From: Akkermansiaceae bacterium UBA2367
GTDB taxonomy: Bacteria > Verrucomicrobiota > Verrucomicrobiia > Verrucomicrobiales > DEV007
Direction of reading: 5' to 3'
NCBI GenBank assembly: GCA_002344525.1
Contig: DDTJ01000073.1
Location: 3,102 to 67,101, forward strand
DNA: 64,000 nucleotides
A program made the translations under genes and the position numbers. The notes below the pieces were generated by a model that searched no databases, was not told where the DNA came from, and saw nothing but the letters and a program-made list of their open reading frames with translations. Shown here piece after piece: positions 47,794 to 57,677 of the stretch (positions are counted from its first letter, which is position 1; each line of letters opens with the position of its first letter).

Positions 47794-48348
47794 ATGTCAG
47801 CCCCCGTTCTCGACTCGCTTTCCGGTTGGTTCTGCGTCCGTTCCCGTCCGAAGAGCGAGCACATCGCCGCGCGCAACCTTCAGCAGTTCGCCCATCTCGA
47901 CGAGGTCTTCTGCCCCCGCATCCGCTACGAGAAGGCAACGCGCCGGGGTCGGGTCTGGTTCGTGGAATCGCTTTTCCCAGGCTATTTCTTCGCCCGCTTC
48001 GATCTCGAGGAGGATCTCCGTGCCGTGAACGCGGCCTCCGGCGTGACGGGGGTGCTGCATTTCGCCGACTTCTATCCGCAAATCCACGACGACTACATCC
48101 GCGAGCTGCGCGAGGAATTCCCCGAGGAGGAGAACGCGATCCGCGTGGTCCATCAGCAGATCGAACTGGGCGACGAGATCGTCGTGACGGAGGGGGCGCT
48201 GAAGGGGTTGAAAACGATCGTCACCCGCTTCGTCGGAGCCGGCGAGCGCGTCGCCGTGCTCCTTGAGTGGCTAGGACAGGAGCGCGAAGCGGAGGTCTCC
48301 CTGCGCTCGGTGATGCGTCCCGGCGACATCCGACTGGAGATCCGCTGA
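47794..48348 (+). CDS. NusG paralog / RfaH-like antiterminator
   Basis: WFCVRSRPKSEHIA, VFCPR, LFPGYFF (NGN); GDEIVVTEGALKG (KOW). Confidence 0.88.
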   Translation: MSAPVLDSLSGWFCVRSRPKSEHIAARNLQQFAHLDEVFCPRIRYEKATRRGRVWFVESLFPGYFFARFDLEEDLRAVNAASGVTGVLHFADFYPQIHDDYIRELREEFPEEENAIRVVHQQIELGDEIVVTEGALKGLKTIVTRFVGAGERVAVLLEWLGQEREAEVSLRSVMRPGDIRLEIR

Positions 48349-48389
48349 AGGCACGCCGCCTTTTCCGATGGATTGGCTGCGCCTCCGCC

Positions 48390-50918
48390 CTACCGATCCC
48401 CCATCCCCGTCCACTCCACCACCGGCTTTCCCGCCGCGTCGCTGGCGGCGAGATCGACGTGGAAGGTCGCGCTCCAGTCGTGGATCTCCTCGGCATCGAC
48501 GAGAGCCTGCTCGACGCGCCAGATCCGCTTGGCCTCGTCGGCCTCCACATGGAAATGCTTCGCATTCCTCGCCTCGGGATCGAACCGCAGCAGGCCCCCC
48601 GCTTCGCGAAAGGCGGCGATCCTTGCGAGCGGGCTGCCCGTGGCCTCCGCCGCGATCCCGACCGATTCCAAGGCCCCGGCCTCGTCGCCCTGCCAGAGCC
48701 GCTTGAGGAAGTCGAAGACGAGTCCGCGCACTTGGCGGGTGAAGGCGGCGCGGTCGCGCGTGATCGCCGCCGGTTTCGGAGGGGCCGCCTCCTGCCGCTC
48801 GACCGGGGGCGCGAACTCCCCGCTCCGCATCCGCTCCCACTCGTCGAGCAAAGTGGAGTCGATTCCGCGCAGCATCGTTCCGAAGAAGAATTCGGCCTCG
48901 TCGAGGTCCATCGTTTTCAGCCCCGGCGGCACGGTCTGGACGAGCACCTTGTAGACCTCGGAGAGGTGCCGCAGCAGCACGGCCTCGCTGCGTTCGAGGC
49001 CGTAGACCTTGATGTAGTCCTCGAAGGACTGCCAGTTCTCGAACATCTCGCGGGCGATGGACTTGGGCCGCACCGAGGCCTCCTTCGCCCAAGGGTTGCG
49101 CGTGACGAAGTCGTTGTAGGTCGCGTAGATGAACTCCTTCCCCGGCTGGGGATGCTCGACCTCGTCGAGCCTCTCGATGCGCTCGTCGTATTCGATCCCC
49201 TCGGCCTTCATCTCGGCCATCAGGGCGGTCTTCGCCTTCTCGACTTGGCGGCGGAGGAGGGTCGCCGGGTTTTCGAGGATGGCCTCGATCAGGGAGATCG
49301 CGTTCAAGGCGTAGTCGGGCGCGTCGAATTCGAGCTTTGTCAGGGCCTCGATCAGGTAGAGTCCGAGGGCTTGGTTGAGGGAGAAGTCCTCCTGCAATTC
49401 GAGATGCAGGGCGACCTTGGCGGGGCCGCGTCGCTCGGATTTTGGGAGGATTGTCAGGATCTTTCCCTCGACCAGTCCCCGGAAGAGGGAGAAGGCGCGG
49501 CGGCGCAGCTTTTTCTTCGCCGCTCCGCTCTCGTGGCAGTCGCGGATGAGCTTCCGCAAGGCGAGGCAGCCGTCCTCGTCGCGGCGGGAGAGGACGTTCA
49601 GGATCAGCCCGTGGTGGATGGCGAAGCGCGAGACGAGCCGCTCGGGTTCGGACCCGATGAGGCTCTCGAAGGTGCTTTTGTCCCACATCACGAAGCCCTC
49701 GGGCGGCTTCTGCTTCACGAGGCGGTTCTTGCCCCCTTTCTCCGCCGCCTTCGCCTCGGCGCGCAGGTTCGCGATGACGTGGCCGGGCGCTTGGGCGACG
49801 ACGTGGCCGAGGGTGTCGAAGCCGCGCCGCCCGGCACGTCCCGCGATCTGGTGGAAGTCGCGCGACGCGAGGATCTTCGTCTTGTCCCCGCTGTATTTGA
49901 AGAGCTGGGTGAAGAGGACGGTGCGGATGGGCACGTTCACCCCCACACCGAGGGTGTCGGTGCCGCAGACGACCTTGAGGAGCCCTTTCTGCGCGAGCCG
50001 CTCGACGAGGACGCGGTATTTCGGGAGGAGTCCGGCGTGGTGGATGCCGATGCCGTGGCGGATGAACTTCCGGATCTCCTTGCCGTAGGGGCTGCGGAAG
50101 TCGGCCCCGGTCAGCTCGGCGGCGATGGCCTCCTTCTCCGCCTTGGTGCAGTAGTTGCGGCTCATCAGGTTCTGCGCCGACTCGGCGCAGGAGCGCTGGG
50201 TGAAGTGGACGAGGTAGATGGGGGCGCGGCCCTGCTCCACCAGTTCCTCGACTTTCTCCTCAAGGGGGAGGAGGTCGTTGTATTCGAATTCCAAAGGCAC
50301 GGGCCGCTGCGCCGATTTCACCAGCACGGTCGTCGCCCCGGTGAGCCGGGTGAGTTCCCTCTCGAAAAAGGCGGTGTCCCCCAAGGTCGCCGACATCAGG
50401 AGGAAACGCGCCCCCGGCAAGGCCAGCAGGGGGATCTGCCAAGCCACGCCGCGCTCCGGGTCGGAGTAGTAGTGGAACTCGTCCATGATCACGTCGTCGA
50501 TCGCGGCGCTTGCGCCCTCGCGCAGGGCTTGGTTCGCGAGGATCTCGGCGGTGCAGCAGATGACCGGGGCCTGCGGGTTCACCGTGGCGTCGCCAGTGAT
50601 GAGACCGACCCGCTCCGGCCCGAAGACTTGGCAGAGGGCGAGGAACTTCTCGTTGGCGAGGGCCTTGACCGGCACGGTGTAGAAGCTGCGACGCCCTTGG
50701 CAGATCGCGCGGAACTGCGCCGCGAGGGCGACGAGGGTCTTGCCCGATCCGGTGGGGGTGTTGAGGATGACGTTGCGGTCCGCGAAGAGTTCGAGGATGG
50801 CGGTCTCCTGATGCTCGTAGGGTTCGATGCCCGACTCGACGAGGTAGCCGAGGAAGGCGTCGAGGACCGCGTCGGTGGTGGCGGGTCCGTCGAGGCGGAA
50901 GGAGTCGAGATCGGGCAT
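48390..50918 (-). CDS. Ski2-like DEAD/DEAH helicase, DUF3516-type
   Basis: [38 protein letters not shown]. Confidence 0.9.
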   Translation of the reverse strand: MPDLDSFRLDGPATTDAVLDAFLGYLVESGIEPYEHQETAILELFADRNVILNTPTGSGKTLVALAAQFRAICQGRRSFYTVPVKALANEKFLALCQVFGPERVGLITGDATVNPQAPVICCTAEILANQALREGASAAIDDVIMDEFHYYSDPERGVAWQIPLLALPGARFLLMSATLGDTAFFERELTRLTGATTVLVKSAQRPVPLEFEYNDLLPLEEKVEELVEQGRAPIYLVHFTQRSCAESAQNLMSRNYCTKAEKEAIAAELTGADFRSPYGKEIRKFIRHGIGIHHAGLLPKYRVLVERLAQKGLLKVVCGTDTLGVGVNVPIRTVLFTQLFKYSGDKTKILASRDFHQIAGRAGRRGFDTLGHVVAQAPGHVIANLRAEAKAAEKGGKNRLVKQKPPEGFVMWDKSTFESLIGSEPERLVSRFAIHHGLILNVLSRRDEDGCLALRKLIRDCHESGAAKKKLRRRAFSLFRGLVEGKILTILPKSERRGPAKVALHLELQEDFSLNQALGLYLIEALTKLEFDAPDYALNAISLIEAILENPATLLRRQVEKAKTALMAEMKAEGIEYDERIERLDEVEHPQPGKEFIYATYNDFVTRNPWAKEASVRPKSIAREMFENWQSFEDYIKVYGLERSEAVLLRHLSEVYKVLVQTVPPGLKTMDLDEAEFFFGTMLRGIDSTLLDEWERMRSGEFAPPVERQEAAPPKPAAITRDRAAFTRQVRGLVFDFLKRLWQGDEAGALESVGIAAEATGSPLARIAAFREAGGLLRFDPEARNAKHFHVEADEAKRIWRVEQALVDAEEIHDWSATFHVDLAASDAAGKPVVEWTGMGDR

Positions 50919-50944
50919 GTCGTCGGCGGGGTTCGAACTCCGCG

Positions 50945-51700
50945 TCACTTCGCCTTTCTCTTCCAAGCCTTCACGTAATCGATCTGGAACTCGGCGGGAA
51001 AAACGGTCTCCGGCGTCGGGGCTTCGGCCCATCCGCCGACGGCGAGGTTGAGGAGGAGGAACATGGGGCCGTCGGGCACCTGCTCCGTGCTGCGGTGGCG
51101 AAGCGTGCCATCGACATACCAGCGGATCTCGCCCGGCTCCCACTCGACGGCGGCGGTGTGGAATCCCTCCGAGAAATCGACGCCCTTGAATTCCCCGCTC
51201 TGGGAGAGGTTCTTGCCGCCGGGGTTGGCGGGGTCGGCCCAGTGGTGGGCGAAATGGATGTTGTCCGGCTCGTGACAGAGGATCTCGAGCACGTCGATCT
51301 CGGGCGGCCAAGCGGGCGGCTCGGGCAGCAGCCAGAAGGCCGGCCAAAGCCCGCGACCTTTCGGGACTTTGCAGCGGACTTCGAAGCGCCCGTAGGTCTG
51401 GGAGAACTTGCCCGTGGTCGTCATCATGCCCGAGCGATAGTCACGCTTCGCCCCGTCGTAGTAGGCGGGCTCGTCCTCGCAACGGATGCACAGGATGCCG
51501 TCCCGCACCTCGAAGGCCTTCATGATGTAGGCTTGCAGTTCGTCGTTGCGGACGATGCCCCAGGGGTCCTGCGGAACCCATTTCGTGCGGTCGAGTTCCT
51601 CGCCGTCGAAGTCGTCGAAAAAGGTCAGTTCCCATTCCGAGGCCTCGCAGGGAATGGAAAGGAGCAGGACGAGAGGAAGGGGGAGAAGGAGCCGCCGCAT
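50945..51700 (-). CDS. Glycoside hydrolase family 16
   Basis: Signal peptide; WPAFW, EIDVLE catalytic motif, LLLNLAVGG. Confidence 0.9.
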   Translation of the reverse strand: MRRLLLPLPLVLLLSIPCEASEWELTFFDDFDGEELDRTKWVPQDPWGIVRNDELQAYIMKAFEVRDGILCIRCEDEPAYYDGAKRDYRSGMMTTTGKFSQTYGRFEVRCKVPKGRGLWPAFWLLPEPPAWPPEIDVLEILCHEPDNIHFAHHWADPANPGGKNLSQSGEFKGVDFSEGFHTAAVEWEPGEIRWYVDGTLRHRSTEQVPDGPMFLLLNLAVGGWAEAPTPETVFPAEFQIDYVKAWKRKAK

Positions 51701-51751
51701 CCCCGAATCTCCCCGCCCGACGGGCCTCGCGCAAGCGCCGGGTCGGTCGAA

Positions 51752-52633
51752 TCAGAAATCCTCCTCGCGCCACGAAAGGAGGTTCGGCCCCTCCTCGCCC
51801 GGCTCCTTCCTCAGCAAGCCGTGCCCGTCGAGGAAGGCGTCGATCTCGGCGAGGACGGCCTCGTAGGAGACGGGATCGACGTTGAGGTTGAAGAAATCGC
51901 GGTCCCTTCCCTCGAACTCGACGAGGCGGCAGGGGCTCTTTTTCCGCTCCATTTTCTCGACAAAGGCGCTCGCCTCCTCCATGGGCACGACGCGGTCGGC
52001 GTTTCCGTGGAGAACGAGCAAGGGCGGTTTTCGCGAGCCAACCAGTCGCGACAGGGACAGCGACCGGGCTTCGGCGGCGTCGACGCAAAGGTCGTAACCG
52101 GGGCCACCGCGAACCACGTCGAAAATCGCGCTGATCAGGACAGCCGCATCGGGCCGGGAACCGGCAGGGTCGAAGGCGGACTCGGACGTGGGGAGCGCGG
52201 CCCCGAGCGAGGCCGCCCCGGCGAGATTGGCCCCGGCCCCGGCTCCGACGGCGATGAGACGCGCGGGATCGAGGTTCAACTCCGCCGTCTGCTCGCGCGC
52301 GTAGCGGATCGCGGCGCGGGCGTCGGCGTGCGATTGCGAGGGGCTGGAGCCGGGATGCGAGGCGCGATGGAGGTATTCGACAAGGGCACAGACCGCCCCA
52401 CGCCCGACGTAGTGGAGCGCGTGCGGGGCGAACTGGACGACGCTGCCCCGGTCCCACGCGCCACCGTGGAAAAAGAGAAAGACCGCTCTCGGCCCGCCTT
52501 CGCGGAGATCCTTGGGGAGGAACCAGTGCAGGGCCAGCTCGCCGCCATCGTCGAGGGTCTTGTATACGGAGCGGCGGGCCTGCTCCAGCAGCAGCCTTTC
52601 CCGGTCCTTCAGCCAGTGGAAGTCTTTTTTCAT
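51752..52633 (-). CDS. Alpha/beta hydrolase (esterase-like)
   Basis: FFHGGAW, GAGAGANL (canonical nucleophile Ser absent), LHGNADRVVP. Confidence 0.75.
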   Translation of the reverse strand: MKKDFHWLKDRERLLLEQARRSVYKTLDDGGELALHWFLPKDLREGGPRAVFLFFHGGAWDRGSVVQFAPHALHYVGRGAVCALVEYLHRASHPGSSPSQSHADARAAIRYAREQTAELNLDPARLIAVGAGAGANLAGAASLGAALPTSESAFDPAGSRPDAAVLISAIFDVVRGGPGYDLCVDAAEARSLSLSRLVGSRKPPLLVLHGNADRVVPMEEASAFVEKMERKKSPCRLVEFEGRDRDFFNLNVDPVSYEAVLAEIDAFLDGHGLLRKEPGEEGPNLLSWREEDF

Positions 52634-52716
52634 TGCGCCACCCTGCGCCGAGACTAGGACGCGCCGGGACGATTTCAAGCTGGAAAAGAGGCGGGCCGAT
52701 GCGCTATCGTCGGGTC

Positions 52717-53616
52717 ATGCACCTTTCCCGTCTCTTCGTGGCCGCCGCCCTCGCCGTCTGCCTCGCCCCCCTCTCCGTCCGTTCCCAAGCGGGGAACGCC
52801 TCCGCCACGCGGCCCGACAACAGCATCCGCGTCAGCCTCGAATCGGCCTACGACGCCTGGCGCCGCGCCATGGACGCCGGCGATCTCGCGCTGTGGGAGC
52901 AGACCACCGCCTTCTCCCGGCAAATCGAGACGCGCAACCGCATCGTCTCCCAGAAGCTACCCTTCCCGCAGGCGCTCTTCGACGATCCCGTCGGCTCGCC
53001 TTCGCTAGGCGGACTCATCGCCCTCGGCGTGCTCTCCACTGGCGACACCGCCACCGCGACCTACTTCGGCAAGGCGAATTTCGGCGAGGAGCCGGGCGTG
53101 CCCATCTCGGACAACCTCCTCGTGCTGCACTTCCTCCGCGAGGAGGGCAAATGGCTCTTCGACAACCTCCGCATCGTGAAGATCGGGGGCGACGCCGAGC
53201 TCCTCCTGCAAATCCGCAACGCCGACTTCTCCTTCCTCAACGGCGCGGAGTTCCAGCCCGCGCCCTCCCTCCCCCCCCTGCCTCAGCCGGTCGAGACCCC
53301 CGCCTTCGTCGCCGAGGCGTGGATCGACTCGACCGGGCACGAGGTCACAGTCACGGTGAACGGCCATCTCACCGGCACCTTCAAGAACGCCAAAGTCACC
53401 GAGCTGGTCATGGGCGGGCTGCGGCGCGGCGGCAACAGCGTCAAAATCGAATCACGCCTCCTCCCCGAAGCCGGGCGGGGTGGCAACAGCCCCAAGGTCG
53501 AAGTCGCCATCTACGCCGCCGAGGACCCCGCTGGCCAAGCCAAGCGCGTCTATCATTTCCGACCGACAGCAGCGGTGCCGCCCGTCACCACCGAGCAGTT
53601 CGAGGTCGGCAACTGA
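52717..53616 (+). CDS. Secreted hypothetical protein
   Basis: Signal peptide MHLSRLFVAAALAVCLAPLSVRS; start may be 52699. Confidence 0.65.
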   Translation: MHLSRLFVAAALAVCLAPLSVRSQAGNASATRPDNSIRVSLESAYDAWRRAMDAGDLALWEQTTAFSRQIETRNRIVSQKLPFPQALFDDPVGSPSLGGLIALGVLSTGDTATATYFGKANFGEEPGVPISDNLLVLHFLREEGKWLFDNLRIVKIGGDAELLLQIRNADFSFLNGAEFQPAPSLPPLPQPVETPAFVAEAWIDSTGHEVTVTVNGHLTGTFKNAKVTELVMGGLRRGGNSVKIESRLLPEAGRGGNSPKVEVAIYAAEDPAGQAKRVYHFRPTAAVPPVTTEQFEVGN

Positions 53617-53625
53617 CTCCAACCC

Positions 53626-54402
53626 TTACGCCCCCTTGGCCGCCCCGTCCTTCGGCGGCCACGTCTTCGGATCGAGGTGGGAAAGCACCGAATACACCCC
53701 CTCCTTCTCCACAGGCAAGAGGGTCTCGTCCTTTTCCAGCATTGTCCGGAGGATCTCGACGAGGCGGGGATGGCGCTCGGCGTTCGCCAAGAGCGCCTCG
53801 TGCGCGAAATGGGGCAGGTGCTTGTAGAGAGGCACATATCCATCCGGCACATCGACGTCCTCCGGCTTGTCCGGGGCGTCACGGAAGCGGAAGGCGATGA
53901 CGATGCGGCGGATCGCGGTCTCGGACCCGGTGGCGTAGTAGAAGCCCCAGAGCATGTCCATGGTCCCTTGCTTGTCGAGAGGCATCTCCAATATCTTCCG
54001 GGTCTCGCGCTTCTGCTCGTCGTAGGCCGACCCGAAGGCGTCCCGCAAGATCGTGTCGGCCTCCTCCGTCCGCGAGAAGAGCATCGCGGTGTGGAGCACC
54101 TGCATCTGCTTGGGATCGAGGCCGGAGAGCGCTTCATACCACTCCTTCAGCCGCTCCCGGTTCTGCCGGATCACTTGGCTGGCGAAAGCGATCAGGGCGG
54201 GCTTGGCATGATCGTTGTCGAGCGTGCCATCGCCGGCCCAATCCTTCATCTGCTCGACGAAGCGCTCCGGATCGGGATTTTCGTAGTAATGTTCGAGCCA
54301 GTCCTTCTCCCCCGACGCGGGACCGGGCGGGGTCTCCTGCGGAATCGCGATGGACGGCAGGATGGCGAGGACGAGCAGGAGATGGGGAAAAGAGAGGCGC
54401 AT
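53626..54402 (-). CDS. Secreted hypothetical protein
   Basis: Signal peptide MRLSFPHLLLVLAILPSIA; helical body. Confidence 0.65.
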   Translation of the reverse strand: MRLSFPHLLLVLAILPSIAIPQETPPGPASGEKDWLEHYYENPDPERFVEQMKDWAGDGTLDNDHAKPALIAFASQVIRQNRERLKEWYEALSGLDPKQMQVLHTAMLFSRTEEADTILRDAFGSAYDEQKRETRKILEMPLDKQGTMDMLWGFYYATGSETAIRRIVIAFRFRDAPDKPEDVDVPDGYVPLYKHLPHFAHEALLANAERHPRLVEILRTMLEKDETLLPVEKEGVYSVLSHLDPKTWPPKDGAAKGA

Positions 54403-54500
54403 TGCGATGAGAGAAGCACAGACGGGGACGCTTTGGCGAGCCGAAATGTTCATTTTCTGCTTGAATCCCTGGCAGAAAGCGTAAATTTCCCACCCCCACC

Positions 54501-54770
54501 ATGGCAAAACAAAGTTGGATCACCCGGAACCAGCGCAAAGCGCGCACCGTAGCAAAATACGCCAAGCTTCGCGAGAAGCTGAAGGCGGAGAAGGACTACG
54601 ACGGTCTCACCCTGCTGCCGCGTGATGCCAGCCCGACCCGGGTGGTGAACCGCTGCGAAGTTACCGGTCGCCGTCGCGGCTACCTGCGTCGCTTCAGGAT
54701 GTCTCGGATCACCTTCCGCGAAATGGCCTCCCACGGTCTCATCCCCGGCGTGACCAAGTCCAGTTGGTAA
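54501..54770 (+). CDS. rpsN: 30S ribosomal protein S14, 89-aa zinc-free type
   Basis: [48 protein letters not shown]; single Cys. Confidence 0.97.
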   Translation: MAKQSWITRNQRKARTVAKYAKLREKLKAEKDYDGLTLLPRDASPTRVVNRCEVTGRRRGYLRRFRMSRITFREMASHGLIPGVTKSSW

Positions 54771-54800
54771 GCGAGTCGCCCTCGTGACCGAAACGAAGAG

Positions 54801-54827
54801 GCGGAGCCGTCAGGTTCCGCTTTTTTT
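54801..54827 (+). terminator. Intrinsic terminator of rpsN
   Basis: GCGGAGCC-GTCA-GGTTCCGC then T7. Confidence 0.8.
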
Positions 54828-54844
54828 GTCCCTTGCTCTCGGGC

Positions 54845-54879
54845 TTCGAACTCCGGATTTTGGGTTTCGGATTTGAAAG
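54845..54879 (+). repeat. Degenerate heptamer tandem repeat (TTCGGAT-type) x5, single arm
   Basis: TTCGAAC TCCGGAT TTTGGGT TTCGGAT TTGAAAG. Confidence 0.6.
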
Positions 54880-54905
54880 TCCCCGCCGACAGCGGATGTT
54901 TCCCC

Positions 54906-55160
54906 ATGCCCCTCTACGAATACATCACAACGGACTCGGAGAAAGGCTGCCGCATCTGCCGCCAAGGTTTCGAACTGCGTCGCCCGCTCGACCGCCCGCC
55001 GCTGGATCTCTGCCCCCTTTGCCGGAATCCGGTGAAAAAGCTCCTCTCGAAGGGCGTCACCTCGCCCAAAATCGCGAAACCCCTCTCCGTCACCGACGCG
55101 AAGAAAGCGGGCTTCACCGTCTTGGAACGCCGCGACCAAGGCACCTACGAGAAGCTTTGA
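54906..55160 (+). CDS. FmdB family zinc-ribbon protein
   Basis: MPLYEY, CRIC...FE, CPLC. Confidence 0.85.
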   Translation: MPLYEYITTDSEKGCRICRQGFELRRPLDRPPLDLCPLCRNPVKKLLSKGVTSPKIAKPLSVTDAKKAGFTVLERRDQGTYEKL

Positions 55161-55164
55161 GCTT

Positions 55165-55257
55165 GGAGGGGGGCTTTCCAAGTCCCCACCGCTGGTTTTG
55201 CGTCGGTTGGCTCCGTCCCAAAGCTTCCGCCCACGGGGACTTGGAAAGTCCCCCTCC
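55165..55257. repeat. REPIN-like inverted pair of GGAG-tagged palindromes (family R3)
   Basis: GGAGGGGGGCTTTCCAAGTCCCC (55165-55187) versus reverse complement of 55235-55257 GGAGGGGGACTTTCCAAGTCCCC (22/23). Confidence 0.85.
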
Positions 55258-55285
55258 CAGTAGAGATCCCCTCGAAAGCCGCACG

Positions 55286-55314
55286 AAAAAAGGCCGGGCG
55301 ACGCCCGGCCTTTT
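55286..55314. terminator. Bidirectional intrinsic terminator between FmdB gene and fusA
   Basis: AAAAAA-GGCCGGGC-GAC-GCCCGGCC-TTTT. Confidence 0.85.
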
Positions 55315-55345
55315 CCGAATTGAGTCCGTTGCGTGAAACTTCCGC

Positions 55346-57442
55346 TCAGCGGGCCGCGTCGGCTGCCGCCTTGGCGGCGGCGGCTTTGGCGATGATGTCG
55401 TCGGAGATGTTCCTCGGACAGGGCGCGTAATGCGAGAACTCCATGGAGAACTGCCCGCGACCGGAGGTCATGGTGCGGAGGTCGCCGATGTAGCCGAACA
55501 TTTCGCTGAGCGGGGCATCGGCCTTCACGCGCACCCCGGTCGGGCCGGAGTCCTGCGATTTGATCATGCCGCGGCGGCGGTTGAGGTCGCCGATAACGTC
55601 GCCGACGTGGTTATCGGGGGTAAAGACGTCGATCTTCATGATCGGCTCCAGAATCTGTGGAGCGCACTTGGGAATGGTCTGGCGGTAGCCGGCCTTCGCC
55701 GCCACCTCGAAGGCGATGGCCGAGGAGTCCACCGCGTGGAAACCACCGTCTAGCAGGGTCACCTTGAAGTCGAGCAGGGGATAGCCCGCGAGGGTGCCCT
55801 TCTCCTTCGAGAGGCGGAAGCCCTTCTCGATGGCGGGCCAGAATTCCTTGGGCACGTTGCCGCCGACGACCTTCGATTCGAAGATGAATCCGGTGCCGGG
55901 CTCGCCGGGCTCGATCATGTAGTCGATCTTGCCATACTGGCCGGAGCCGCCGGACTGCTTCTTGTGGGTGTAGGAGTCGTTCGTCGCCTTGGTGATGGTC
56001 TCGCGGTAGGCGACCTGCGGCGCACCGACCTCGACCTCGACCTTGTGGGTGCGCTTGAGGATGTCCACCTTGATGTCGAGGTGCAGTTCGCCCATGCCCT
56101 TGAGGATGGTCTCGCCGGTCTCCTGGTCGGTCTCGACGTGGAAGGAGGGGTCCTCGCGCACCATCTTCGCGATGGCTTCGCCGAGCTTCTCCGAGGCGCT
56201 CTTGTCCTTCGGCGCGACGGCGATGGAGATGACCGGATCGGGGAAGACCATGGGCTCAAGCGTCGCCGGGTCCTTCGGATCGCAGAGGGTGTGTCCGGTC
56301 TGCACGTTCTTCAGCCCGACGAGGGCAACGATGTCGCCCGCCGAGGCTCCGTCGAGCTCCTGGCGCGAGTTCGCGTGCATCTCGACGATGCGGCCGACGC
56401 GCTCGGTCTTTCCGGTGAAGGTGTTCAGCAGGGTGTCGCCCTTGCTCAGCTTGCCGGAGTAGACGCGGGTGAAGGTCAGGGCGCCATACTGGTCGTCCAT
56501 GATCTTGAAGGCGAGGGCGCGCAGCGGGGCGTCGGGGGTGACAACGGCGAACTTGCCGGTCTCGTTGCCTTCGAGGTCGACCTCGGGCTGGGGGTTCACC
56601 TCGGTGGGGCTGGGGAGGTAGTCCACGACGGCGTCGAGAACGAGCTGCATGCCCTTGTTCTTGAAGGCCGAACCGCAGAAAGTGGGGAAGAATTTCAGGG
56701 CAATGGTGCCTTTGCGGATGCACTTCTTGAGCGTCTCGGCATCGGGCTCGTTGCCTTCGAGGTAGGCTTCCATGACCTCGTCGTCCTGCTCCACGGCGGT
56801 CTCGACGAGCTCGGCACGGTATTGCTCGACCTTGTCCTTCATGTCGGCGGGGATCTCCTCGATCTTGTAGTTCTCCGGCTGGCCGGAGTCGTCCCAGACC
56901 CACGCCTCGCGGGTGATCAGGTTGACGACGCCCTTGAACTGGTCTTCCTCGCCGATGGGCAGGACCATGACGAGCGGCTTGGCCCCGAGCACTTTCTTGA
57001 TCTGCTCGACGACGCGGTAGAAGTCCGCGCCGATGCGGTCGAGCTTGTTCACGAAGATGATGCGGGAGACCTTGGAGTCGTTGGCGTAGCGCCAGTTCGT
57101 CTCGGACTGGGGCTCGACGCCGCCGGAGCCGCAGAAGACACCGATGCCGCCGTCGAGCACTTTCAGGGAGCGATAGACCTCGATGGTGAAATCGACGTGG
57201 CCGGGAGTGTCGATCACGTTGAAGCGGTGGTCGTTCCAGAAGCAGGTGGTGGCGGCGGACTGGATCGTGATGCCGCGCTCGGCCTCCTGCTCCATGAAGT
57301 CCATGGTCGATTCGCCGTCGTGGACCTCGCCCAGCTTGTGGATTTTGCCCGTGAGCTTGAGAATGCGCTCCGTGGTCGTGGTCTTGCCGGCGTCGACGTG
57401 CGCGAAAATGCCGATGTTTCTGTATTTGGAGAGGTCTGTCAT
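55346..57442 (-). CDS. fusA: Elongation factor G (stand-alone copy)
   Basis: [50 protein letters not shown]. Confidence 0.97.
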   Translation of the reverse strand: MTDLSKYRNIGIFAHVDAGKTTTTERILKLTGKIHKLGEVHDGESTMDFMEQEAERGITIQSAATTCFWNDHRFNVIDTPGHVDFTIEVYRSLKVLDGGIGVFCGSGGVEPQSETNWRYANDSKVSRIIFVNKLDRIGADFYRVVEQIKKVLGAKPLVMVLPIGEEDQFKGVVNLITREAWVWDDSGQPENYKIEEIPADMKDKVEQYRAELVETAVEQDDEVMEAYLEGNEPDAETLKKCIRKGTIALKFFPTFCGSAFKNKGMQLVLDAVVDYLPSPTEVNPQPEVDLEGNETGKFAVVTPDAPLRALAFKIMDDQYGALTFTRVYSGKLSKGDTLLNTFTGKTERVGRIVEMHANSRQELDGASAGDIVALVGLKNVQTGHTLCDPKDPATLEPMVFPDPVISIAVAPKDKSASEKLGEAIAKMVREDPSFHVETDQETGETILKGMGELHLDIKVDILKRTHKVEVEVGAPQVAYRETITKATNDSYTHKKQSGGSGQYGKIDYMIEPGEPGTGFIFESKVVGGNVPKEFWPAIEKGFRLSKEKGTLAGYPLLDFKVTLLDGGFHAVDSSAIAFEVAAKAGYRQTIPKCAPQILEPIMKIDVFTPDNHVGDVIGDLNRRRGMIKSQDSGPTGVRVKADAPLSEMFGYIGDLRTMTSGRGQFSMEFSHYAPCPRNISDDIIAKAAAAKAAADAAR

Positions 57443-57560
57443 CTACTGGAGGGTTGGGATCGAACCGAATTTTTGGAGCGGGTAGTGTTGTGCAAAGCGG
57501 CCCGAAGGCAAGCGGGAATTAGTTGGGGCCTGTGGAGGCGGCGGCCCCGCCGCTTCCACT

Positions 57561-57667
57561 CTCCTGCTCATACTCCCTACTCCTTACTCTTACTCCTCCC
57601 TGCTCTAGCCCAAAATCGGGGAGTAAGAGTAAGAGTAAGAGTAAGGAGTAGGGAGTATGAGCAGGAG
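57561..57667. repeat. TACTC-family tandem-repeat inverted-arm hairpin
   Basis: 35-bp perfect inverted repeat 57561-57595 / 57633-57667, with extra GAGTAA units in the right arm. Confidence 0.93.
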
Positions 57668-57677
57668 GGGTTCCAAG

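Noticed and set aside
48390-50918. Helicase as part of a defence island
   Set aside because: DUF3516-type Ski2 helicase with ordinary codon pattern, flanked by a GH16 gene and a NusG paralog, with no defence partners.
57456-57466. GGTTCGATCCC (minus strand) as a tRNA T-arm remnant or att site
   Set aside because: No 5-bp T-stem, no other tRNA arms and no integrase nearby.
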